A stretch of DNA of 64,000 bases, from contig NW_005434554.1 of assembly GCF_000315625.1 (NCBI RefSeq), forward strand, positions 123,297 through 187,296, in the 5' to 3' direction. The translations under genes and the position numbers were made by a program. The notes beneath the pieces were generated by a model. The model worked only from the letters and a program-made list of their open reading frames with translations, had not been told where the DNA came from and searched no databases. Below, piece by piece: positions 54,908-64,000 of the stretch; the stretch's first letter is position 1; each line of letters opens with the position of its first letter. The DNA comes from Guillardia theta CCMP2712 (Eukaryota; Protista; Cryptophyta).

Positions 54908-55614
54908 GTATGTCTTTATCTGCCGAGACAGCGCTCCAATTAGCTTCCGTATCGCTTCTGTGTCCGGTTCTGGCCCCTCCTTTCCTCCCCACTTCACTCC
55001 CTCTCTCCCTCCCTCCCTCCCTCCCTCCCTCCCTCCCTCCCTTTCTNNNNNNNNNNNNNNNNNNNNNNNNNNNNNNNNNNNNNNNNNNNNNNNNNNNNNN
55101 NNNNNNNNNNNNNNNNNNNNNNNNNNNNNNNNNNNNNNNNNNNNNNNNNNNNNNNNNNNNNNNNNNNNNNNNNNNNNNNNNNNNNNNNNNNNNNNNNNNN
55201 NNNNNNNNNNNNNNNNNNNNNNNNNNNNNNNNNNNNNNNNNNNNNNNNNNNNNNNNNNNNNNNNNNNNNNNNNNNNNNNNNNNNNNNNNNNNNNNNNNNN
55301 NNNNNNNNNNNNNNNNNNNNNNNNNNNNNNNNNNNNNNNNNNNNNNNNNNNNNNNNNNNNNAGCTGCCATTTTCTCCTCCACTCGTGATCGTGAGATGCG
55401 TGATCGTGGAGGGTGGTCCTAGTGTAGGCGCTGATATCATCTTACCTAAGGGTATCCGGGTTGCTCTGCGAGCAGCGGGTGATACTTCGTATTGAAGAGC
55501 AGGATAGGGTGGGGTTGGTGCAAGGGAGCTGGGTGGGGCTGTGGGTGGGGTGGAAGCGATGATTTTGGTGGGTCCATGTGCAGGCGGTAAGCTAGGTGCG
55601 ACGCACAGGATGGA

Positions 55615-57414
55615 ATGAGGGATGAAGGAGGAGGAATGGTGAAGGGAAGAGCTTGTGAACATGAAGAAGCAGACGATGGAGGAAGGGAGTGCGAAGAGAG
55701 TGATCTGAAAGAGGAGTGCGCACACCGTGAGGAACCACAAACTTGCCATGAAGGATGTAACGGCCAGGAGAAGATCCCGAGCCAATCTTGTCAGCTCTGC
55801 TCCGTGCTAGCCTACTGCTGCTTTGTCTGCCTCAAGCCCTCAAAGAATAAAGAAAAATGCAAGGATGAGAAGCTCTGCCCAGGCGGACTACAGCACAACT
55901 CAAAGGATCAATGCATCCAGCTTCTTCAAGCAAAAGGCAACGAGATCCTCGAGACATTCCTACAGGCGAATTTGACGAAAGAAGAACTCAAGCGCTTCAT
56001 ACAAGAGCATAAGATGAATAGACGGGCTTGTTCGAATGGCCGAGGAGTACTTCTCACAGGAAGCAAGCGAGAGCTGATTGCTGGGATTGCCAAGGAGCTA
56101 GAACAATGCGAGCATGACTGGCCTTGTTCGGTTACTATAGTCGGTCAAGATAATGTCAGACCGATTTTCGTGCGACGCAGGCTATCTCAGGCAGAGCGAA
56201 AGCACATCTTGCAAAAGACCGACGGGTACTGCTATCTCTGTAGTCGCCCTATCGCTCCGGGATCGCTATGGGACGCGGACCATGTTCTTGCTTTCGTTCA
56301 CAACCCCGAGAGGAACGACGTCGTCGGCAATATGCTCCCTGCTCATCCGAGCTGCAACCGCTCCAAGGGATGCCGCTCCCTCACCTGGTGCGCCAAGAAC
56401 TTATCTATCTCCACCAAGGTGATAGAGAACATCGGCTCGAACGTCGCCACGTTCGTGAAGGACGAACTGCACGATGCACTGAAGCTGAAGCACCGGTTGA
56501 AGAAGACCTCAGACAAGACCACGGAGCAGGCTTTGATTGACGCCAAGGAGGACGAGGGCTTGATCCACGAAATCTGCGACGAGCTACAGGGGCTCGTCAA
56601 GAGGGGAATCGACATGTCAAAACAAGTCCGCTTCATTGAAGATGGTGAGGTGAAGGGGGCTCTCGTTGCGATAGTCAAGGGCGGATCCTCCAAGGTGTAC
56701 AAGAGCAAGGTGACCATTGGCGGCGAGGATATCGTCTGTGCACTCAAGGATGTGCGTCAAGACCGCGAGAAACTCGAGCGAGAAGCCTACATGCTTGAGA
56801 GGTGTCGGCATGAGCATGTGGTGAAGTGCTACGGGATCATCGCGCTCAAGGGCGACATCCCCCAACAAGTCCTCGTGCTCGAGTACATCGACTTCACGTT
56901 GGCGGAAGAGGGCAGCGGCAAGGGGCCGAGCGGCCGGGAGATCTTCTGGAGGGAAGCGGTCAAGTCGGTCTCAGCTCTTGCTCGTGCCATACGACACGTG
57001 CACCGAATGCAGGTGCTCCACCGAGACATCAAGCCTGCCAACGTGCTGGTGAGCAAGCGGGGCGACGTCAAGCTTGCAGACTTCGGGGAGAGTCTCCTCT
57101 CAGACGATAGCGAGATCGCTCCCATCGTCGGAACGGAAGGCTACGTCGCACCGGAGCTGGAAAACCTCGGGGCAGTGCACAGCTGCGCCTCGGACGTGTA
57201 CAGCTTTGCCAAGACGTTAGAGACCTCAGGCCTCAAGTTTCTCATCGACGTGCGGGAGGATGCCTTGTTCTTCAAAGCACTGACGGCAGAATGCACCGTA
57301 CGCAATCCTGATGCGAGGTTGACAATGGATGCCGTGGTAGCCAGGCTCGAACAGTATGAGGCGGAAGAAAACAGAACCATGCAGAGCCAACCATTGAGGG
57401 GAATCAGCGTATGA
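55615..57414 (+). CDS. Cys/His cluster + SAP-like + HNH endonuclease + Ser/Thr protein kinase fusion, copy 1 (intronless)
   Basis: HNH: RRRLSQAERKHIL..GYCYLC..DADHV..NMLPAHPSCNRSKG. Kinase: CALK, REAYML, HRDIKPANVL, DFG, GTEGYVAPE, SDVYSF. Confidence 0.9.
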   Translation: MRDEGGGMVKGRACEHEEADDGGRECEESDLKEECAHREEPQTCHEGCNGQEKIPSQSCQLCSVLAYCCFVCLKPSKNKEKCKDEKLCPGGLQHNSKDQCIQLLQAKGNEILETFLQANLTKEELKRFIQEHKMNRRACSNGRGVLLTGSKRELIAGIAKELEQCEHDWPCSVTIVGQDNVRPIFVRRRLSQAERKHILQKTDGYCYLCSRPIAPGSLWDADHVLAFVHNPERNDVVGNMLPAHPSCNRSKGCRSLTWCAKNLSISTKVIENIGSNVATFVKDELHDALKLKHRLKKTSDKTTEQALIDAKEDEGLIHEICDELQGLVKRGIDMSKQVRFIEDGEVKGALVAIVKGGSSKVYKSKVTIGGEDIVCALKDVRQDREKLEREAYMLERCRHEHVVKCYGIIALKGDIPQQVLVLEYIDFTLAEEGSGKGPSGREIFWREAVKSVSALARAIRHVHRMQVLHRDIKPANVLVSKRGDVKLADFGESLLSDDSEIAPIVGTEGYVAPELENLGAVHSCASDVYSFAKTLETSGLKFLIDVREDALFFKALTAECTVRNPDARLTMDAVVARLEQYEAEENRTMQSQPLRGISV

Positions 57415-57595
57415 CCCTTGCTTCCCTTGGAGTCAAACAAACTTGCGGAGCCCGGCATTCCGTCTTCCGAAGTAAAGATAAAAAGTCTGAGGCACTGGTA
57501 AGATGATCTTAGGGTCCAAAGTTTACCCTAATCAAAAGTCTCCGGAACCACCCTGAGACTAATATTTTCAAACAAGAAGTCTCGTCATAGTTCGC

Positions 57596-58210
57596 TGCAG
57601 CAGCTTCAGTTGAGGTATAAGCTTGTCTGCCTAATAACAAACCTCGAGGCTTTCTCCTTGTGTCCACTCCTCCTCGGTCTCCTCCTCTCGCCCTCTGCCT
57701 AAGCTTTGAGCATTGACGAAGACTCCCCTCCTCCTGTGAGGGGCATCAGCCTCGTCATCCACATGTCACGAAAGGTCAGGTCACTTGTTCCTCGCACAGC
57801 GTCTATGCTTCCCCATCCCCCGCAGTACAGACACCCGTAGATCTCCGCTCTCTTCGCTCCCGTCCTCCTGGCTGTCAGTAGCCTGCGATCCTGCGCAACG
57901 TCGTCTGTCAGGAGGGACTTGCTTGCTTGACAGCAGCTTCACCCGAGCACCACTCTGCATCGCGACCCACGACAGGAAAACAACTATGACGGAAGAGAGG
58001 GTTTCGAGCGAAGGCCCAGTGGGAAGCTACGTAGCTGGCGAGGGAGGATGGACGCATGTCATGCCATCGACGTATGCTGCAGTTAGGATGCCTAAGTACT
58101 CTCCTCCCTGTGACTCCTTGGGCGCTACGTCTCTGCTCCACCAGCCTCGGACCAACACTGCGAGCAACCAACTCCATCCCATGTATGTCTTTATCTGCCG
58201 AGACAGCGCT
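57596..58210 (-). pseudogene. Internally deleted partial copy of the EXD2-like gene
   Basis: Collinear blocks match ~53333-53410, ~53757-53830, ~54378-54518 and ~54700-54934, with the intervening parts missing. Confidence 0.85.
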
Positions 58211-58591
58211 GGTTAGATCAGCTCCTGCTCTACCTCTATACGGATCATTCTTATCTCGTATCCGTATGACGACATGGTCGTTACCACCAGACGCAATTTC
58301 AGAGTAACCACGGAGCTGGTAGACCACCTTGGTGCAACAAACTGTTTTGGGGTTATACCACCCCACCCCAGGTACTAGGTGGATGAAAGTACCCGTCAGT
58401 CAGCTGTACCCCAGTAGTCTCCCAGTCAGTTACTACGATTAGCAGCACAGACTTCTTGGAGGGGGGGTACGTCGTAATGGAGGGGTGAGGGTGTTAGGAG
58501 TGAGAGAGATGTGGGGTATTGGTGGGGTAATAAGAGGTAAATTAGGGGACTGATGTGAGATGGGGTATTACGAGTAGGTGGGGTTGTATGA

Positions 58592-60511
58592 ATGCTGGGG
58601 TCCCTGGTGATAGCATGCGGACAGTTACAAGTCAGGCACGAAGGAGAACGCATGGAGAAGAGAGAAGCCTGCGAAGGAGACGGAGAGGTGAAGGAGAAGG
58701 GGAAGAAGAAGAAGAAAGATGAGGAGGAGGAAGAGGAGGAGGAGGAGAAAGATGATGATGTTGAGGAGAAGAAAGATGAGGAGGAGAAGAAGGAGGAGGA
58801 GAAGAAAGATGTGGAGGAGATGGAAGAGAAGAAAGATGACGAGGAGAAGGAGCAGGGGAAGAAGGAGGGGAAAAGCATCAAAGAAAGGAAACAAACTTGT
58901 GAATCCGAGAACGAATCTTGCCTGCTCTGCTCCGTGCTAGCCTACTGCTGCTTTGTCTGCCTCAAGCCCTCAAAGAATAAAGAAAAATGCAAGGATGAGA
59001 AGCTCTGCCCAGGCGGACTACAGCACAACTCAAAGGATCAATGCATCCACCTCCTCCAAGCAAAAGACAGATTGACCCTCGAGACATTCCTAAAGGCGAA
59101 TTTGACGAAAGAAGAACTCAGGCGCTTCATACGAGAGCATAAGATGAAAAGGATGGAATGTCCGAATGGCCGAGGAGTACTTCTCACAGGAAGCAAGCGA
59201 GAGCTGATTGCTGGGATTGCCAAGGAGCTAGAACAATGCGAGCATGACTGGCCTTGTTCGGTTACTATAGTCGGTCAAGAGGATGTCAAACCGATTTTCG
59301 TGCGACGCAGGCTATCTCAGGCAGAGCGAAAGCACATCTTGCAAAAGACCGACGGGTACTGCTATCTCTGTAGTCGCCCTATCGCTCCGGGATCGCTATG
59401 GGACGCGGACCATGTTCTTGCTTTCGTTCACAACCCCGAGAGGAACGACGTCGTCGGCAACATGCTCCCTGCTCATCCGAGCTGCAACCGCTCCAAGGGA
59501 TGCCGCTCCCTCACCTGGTGCGCCAAGAACTTATCTATCTCCACCAAGGTGATAGAGAACATCGGCTCGAACGTCGCCACGTTCGTGAAGGACGAACTGC
59601 ACGATGCTCTGAAGCTGAAGCACCGGTTGAAGAAGACCTCAGACAAGACCACGGAGCAGGCTTTGATTGACGCCAAGGAGGACGAGGGCTTGATCCACGA
59701 AATCTGCGACGAGCTACAGGGGCTCGTCAAGAGAGGAATCGACATGTCAGAACAAGTCCGCTTCATTGAAGATGGTGAGGTGAAGGGGGCTCTCGTTGCG
59801 ATAGTCAAGGGCGGATCCTCCAAGGTGTACAAGAGCAAGGTGACCATTGGCGGCGAGGATATCGTCTGTGCACTCAAGGATGTGCGTCAAGACCGCGAGA
59901 AACTCGAGCGAGAAGCCTACATGCTTGAGAGGTGTCGGCATGAGCATGTGGTGAAGTGCTACGGGATCATCGCGCTCAAGGGCGACATCCCCCAACAAGT
60001 CCTCGTGCTCGAGTACATCGACTTCACGTTGGCGGAAGAGGGCAGCGGCAAGGGGCCGAGCGGCCGGGAGATCTTCTGGAGGGAAGCGGTCAAGTCGGTC
60101 TCAGCTCTTGCTCGTGCCGTACGACACGTGCACCAAATGCAGGTGCTCCACCGAGACATCAAGCCCGCCAACGTGCTGGTGAGCAAGCAGGGCGACGTCA
60201 AGCTCGCAGACTTCGGGGAGAGTCTCCTCTCAGACGATAGCGAGATCGCTCACATCGTCGGAACGAAAGGCTACGTCGCACCGGAGCTGGAAAACCTCGG
60301 GGCAGTGCACAGCTGCGCCTCGGACGTGTACAGCTTCGCCAAGACGTTAGAGACCTCAGGCCTCAAGTTTCTCATCGACGTGCGGGAGGATGCCTTGTTC
60401 TTCAAAGCACTGACGGCAGACTGCACCGTAGACAATCCTGATGCGAGGTTGACAATGGATGCCGTGGTAGCCAGGCTCGAACAGTATGAGGCAGACAGTG
60501 TTGACCAGTAG
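58592..60511 (+). CDS. Cys/His cluster + SAP-like + HNH endonuclease + Ser/Thr kinase fusion, copy 2 (intronless, E/K-rich N-terminus)
   Basis: Near-identical to copy 1 from ~58925 to ~60492, with all motifs retained. Confidence 0.9.
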   Translation: MLGSLVIACGQLQVRHEGERMEKREACEGDGEVKEKGKKKKKDEEEEEEEEEKDDDVEEKKDEEEKKEEEKKDVEEMEEKKDDEEKEQGKKEGKSIKERKQTCESENESCLLCSVLAYCCFVCLKPSKNKEKCKDEKLCPGGLQHNSKDQCIHLLQAKDRLTLETFLKANLTKEELRRFIREHKMKRMECPNGRGVLLTGSKRELIAGIAKELEQCEHDWPCSVTIVGQEDVKPIFVRRRLSQAERKHILQKTDGYCYLCSRPIAPGSLWDADHVLAFVHNPERNDVVGNMLPAHPSCNRSKGCRSLTWCAKNLSISTKVIENIGSNVATFVKDELHDALKLKHRLKKTSDKTTEQALIDAKEDEGLIHEICDELQGLVKRGIDMSEQVRFIEDGEVKGALVAIVKGGSSKVYKSKVTIGGEDIVCALKDVRQDREKLEREAYMLERCRHEHVVKCYGIIALKGDIPQQVLVLEYIDFTLAEEGSGKGPSGREIFWREAVKSVSALARAVRHVHQMQVLHRDIKPANVLVSKQGDVKLADFGESLLSDDSEIAHIVGTKGYVAPELENLGAVHSCASDVYSFAKTLETSGLKFLIDVREDALFFKALTADCTVDNPDARLTMDAVVARLEQYEADSVDQ

Positions 60512-61212
60512 TGTTGTCGTTTTTCTTCACGAAATAAAGGTGACTTGACCCAACTTGGCAACATCATAGTAATCAACGGTTTGCGCCGGTGCTGCCCCGG
60601 ACAGTTTACGGATCCGACATATGTGAGCAGTGCCCGGCCAGTCAGATAGCGCCGAGTTACCAAAACTCTCCTGTAAACGTTTTGCAGACGAGCCTCGGAG
60701 GGCCTCCCCAGCTGTCTTGCTGAGGCTCCCTTTACAGTGTAGAGCCGTACTACGGTACAACAGAAAAACAGGGGTACTGTAGTGGGGAGGTGGTGTGTCC
60801 TTTAAAAAGGGGTCGTCGTTTAACAAAGTCATGCAGACTGCTGAAGCCTCCTTCGCAGCTTTGGATCGATCACAGGATGGCAGCCATGACATCTCTGCAG
60901 GATCATCACGTCGCTGCATTCCTTGATTGGTACCAAGGGAGTTTGAGCAGCCTTAGTGTAGAGCAAGAGAGCTAAACAAGGCGGGCCTGGCAATGATACT
61001 TTATTGAAGAAGGGCAAACCGGGCCCGGCAAACAAAGGAGGGGGAGGATAAAGCCTACCGTTGAAAACCGCCTCAATAAAATACTAGGAAACGAAGGAGG
61101 CAGCGAAAACCGCTACTCCAACACTACTCAGCTCAGTGACTGCGCGTCACTCAGTCTTCCGTAAGTTCCGCCGCCGGGGCTCACTGAGTGCCCGCCATGC
61201 CGGGATGTTCTA

Positions 61213-61260
61213 CTAGTGACTGAGCTAGTGACTGAGCTAGTGACTGAGCTAGTGACTGAG
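61213..61260. repeat. 4 x 12-bp tandem repeat (CTAGTGACTGAG)
   Basis: Direct reading; it lies within a GC-rich island with further TGAC/GTCA motifs. Confidence 0.9.
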
Positions 61261-61631
61261 CACTCATGACTCCGAGGCTGACCGCGTACTCTGTGACTGT
61301 GCCACGGTGAGTGAAGACAGCCGCGAGTCATTATCAGTGGGCCCGCCCCGCCGTAGATGGAAAGTGAGGGTGATGAAGTTTCGCATCTGCTCGGTGTGGA
61401 CTTGGGACAAATGGGGGGTAGGGTACAATAGTGGGTGTGTAGAAGGGGTGAGGGGTACTTAAACCTGCTTTATGGTTCAGAATATAGTGCAGTCAGTGAT
61501 ATGTATTAAGTTCCACATATATAGAAAGAGGGTAAGGTGTCCACTATGACTCAAGAAAACAGAGTCAGAATTTGAAGGGGGGGTGGGGTGATCCTAGCTG
61601 GGTAGGGGTAGCGTGAAGCAGCGACGAGGCC

Positions 61632-63575
61632 ATGGCTAGCACCGATATGGCAGGTAAGGAGGAGGAAGAGGACGATGACAAGGAGCGAAGATGAAGACAA
61701 GAACCAGAGAGTGAGGAAGATGAAGAGGATGAGAACAGAGAATGGCAAAGGGCTCGAGGGAGAGAAAGATCGAAAGGAGGAGGTGAAAGGGAAACGAGCG
61801 ATAAGCAGCAGTAGAGGTATTGAAATGTGGAGGGCAACTAAGAGAGGAAGAGCTGAGAAAGAACAAGATGGTTTCAGTGGTGAGGCGGATAGTAATTGTG
61901 TGGATGGATCGACAAGGTCTCACCTGGCATCGCAGTGAACGCCTTGGCTGCTGTGGGCCTCTTGGTTCTTCTCAAAGGAGCGTACAACGTGCTTGCCTTC
62001 ATGTACACCTCCTTCCTCCGAGGAGCGCAGAACCTGAAGAGACTCGGCTCTTGGGTTGTTGTCACGGTGCGTGATGGGAGAGCTCTGCTGCCTGCTAGGG
62101 ATCTGACGGATCGCGTTCGGCCGTGGTCGGTGCAGGGAGCCACGGACGGTATCGGCAAGGCGCTGGCGATGGAGGCGGCAAAGAAGGGGATGAACGTCGT
62201 GATTATCTCCAGGACCATGAGCAAGTTGCAAGAGGTGGAGAAGGAGATCACAGAGAAGAGCAAGGTCAAGGTGATCTCGGTAAGAAAGATGATGTTTGCT
62301 CCTTGCGCTGATACTAACCACTTCTGTTCAGATCGCCTTCGACTTCTCCAGCGCCTCCTCCAACGACTATGCTTCGCTCAAGACAAAGTTGACGGGGCTC
62401 GAGGTCAGGGTTCTTCTCATTCGCATCCTCCATGGCCGGTGAAAATTGTTGTGCTGCGCAGGGTGGAATCGCCGTCCTGTACAACAATGTCGGAGTTTCT
62501 TATGAGCACGCGGAGTACTTCACGGTGCAGCTCGTTGCTTTCGATGCGCACGACCTGCTGACTGTGAGAAGGATGTGAGCGAGGAGAGGATCGCTTCGAT
62601 CCTTGAAGTTAACAATGCTTCCATGCTGAAGATGACCAGAATGGTAGCATCCTCCTCTTTGACCCCTCCCCCCTNNNNNNNNNNNNNNNNNNNNNNNNNN
62701 NNNNNNNNNNNNNNNNNNNNNNNNNNNNNNNNNNNNNNNNNNNNNNNNNNNNNNNNNNNNNNNNNNNNNNNNNNCCCTCCTCTTGCATTCATTCTCATCT
62801 CCAGGTCCTTCCCGAGATGCAGAGCAGGAAGAAGGGCGTCGTTGTGAACGTGGGATCATTCGAAGGGAACATTAACGCTCCTTTCTATGCAGTTTACGGC
62901 GCCTCCAAGGTGATGAGCTTCACTGACTCTTCTGCATTCTTGCTGTATGACAAGGAGCCTGCCAGGCGTTCGTCGAGTCCTTCAGCAAGTCCATGAACGT
63001 GGAGCTGAGAGGGACTGGAGTGTGTGTGCAGAATCACGTCCCTCACTATGTGGCCACGAAGATGGCGATCCCCAACGAGAAGAGAAGTAGGAAGGAGCCT
63101 CTCTGCATGCAGCGTGCCTGACGGTCTTCTGCAGGGAAGGGAAGCTTCATGACGCCATGGCCGAACCAGTAAATCAATGCCACCCTCGTCGATGCCTGAT
63201 CGTTTGACGTGTATATGCTAGGTGGGCCAAGGCCTCGCTCGCTTGCGTCGGATATGAATCTTACTGCACTCCCTACTGGCCCCATGCCCTCCAGGTGCTT
63301 CATCCTGACCTTTGTCTTATGTCTTCGCTACTTCCTATCTCCTCCTCCTCCTCCTAATACTACCATCACCACCACCACCACCTTGTGCATTTCTTTTGCC
63401 TCTTTCTCCTCCACGTCCTCAGTCGCTATTTCTTCCAGCCCTGCCGCGTTTCTAATGCCCTTCTCTCACTCAGGCTGCCATTGCACTCTCGTTGCCTACA
63501 TGGCTTGTAGACAACATGCGCTACAAACAGAGCAAGCTCGTGAGATCTATCGCTCTTCGGAAGAAGCAGCAGTGA
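61632..63575 (+). CDS. SDR, very-long-chain 3-oxoacyl-CoA reductase (KCR/HSD17B12-like), multi-exon
   Basis: MASTDMA|VNALAAVGL (TM), WVVVT|GATDGIGKA, ISRTMSKL, YNNVGVSY, YGASK|AFV, PHYVATKM; ends ...ALRKKQQ*. Confidence 0.9.
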
Positions 63576-63665
63576 AGCAAGATAGTTGTTGGATGAGGTT
63601 TTTCAAATCTTCTCCATCCAGCTTATGTACATGAATGGGAACATTCTTGCAAGCCACACCTCTGA

Positions 63666-64000
63666 TCATTTTTCAACTTCAAAACGACACACAGGGCAAG
63701 TCCGATTTTCCTTGAACCATCCTTTGATGCAATCAGGGTGAAAGAAGTGCTTGCACGGGAGCGTCAAGATCTTGGCAGCAATCGTCAAATCGACAACACC
63801 TCCCTACCGTCCTCACCTTGTCGGTTGTCTCGTATTCACATTGGCAGATATGGCACTTGTCTTTCCGCGCTTTGGCTCTGTGTATCAACTGCACCGGAAA
63901 GCTCCTCATCTTCCTGCCAACCACTCTCACTCGCTCTTCCTCTCCCTCGACCGGAAGCGACCTGTCCGACACGCCCCTCTTGACTACATCTTCGTCGAGC
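63666..64000 (-). CDS. RING-H2 E3 ubiquitin ligase, 3' part
   Basis: CHICQCEYETTDKVRT|LPCKHFFHPDCIKGWFKENRTCPVCR. Confidence 0.88.

Noticed and set aside
55400-61100. HNH-kinase region as an autonomous transposon
   Set aside because: No TIRs, LTRs, TSD, transposase or reverse transcriptase motifs were visible.
61213-61260. Possible CRISPR-like array
   Set aside because: Head-to-tail 12-mers with no spacers, in a eukaryotic context.

Overview
Gene-dense, intron-rich eukaryotic nuclear DNA. The short (~40-55 nt) GT-AG introns, introns swollen with (GGA)n/(CCT)n tracts and many N-gaps resemble the cryptophyte Guillardia theta; the organism is my inference, not shown. About 20 protein genes can be reconstructed by splicing by eye: SERCA Ca2+-ATPase, an EF-hand/M41-like pseudo-protease, a Zn deaminase, a MORN protein, an Amun-like HhH protein, an HTH protein, an F-box/LRR protein, a BAR+auxilin J-domain protein, a WW protein, PP2C, a ~10 kb EML-type WD40/PDZ/EF-hand gene, two mPGES2-like GST-fold paralogues flanking a SIRT4-type sirtuin, mitochondrial HslV, a signal-peptide GH13 amylase-like gene, an EXD2 exonuclease, a KCR/HSD17B12-type SDR and a RING-H2 fragment. 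The most striking locus is 51.4-60.5 kb. Two intronless, tandemly duplicated genes encode a Cys/His cluster, a SAP-like motif, an HNH endonuclease and a Ser/Thr kinase. Each sits head-to-head with an EXD2 exonuclease copy, one intact and one decayed by internal deletions. This is a candidate kinase-coupled nuclease defence/effector cassette. No rRNA, tRNA or CRISPR was found. Exon boundaries are approximate and no database searches were run.
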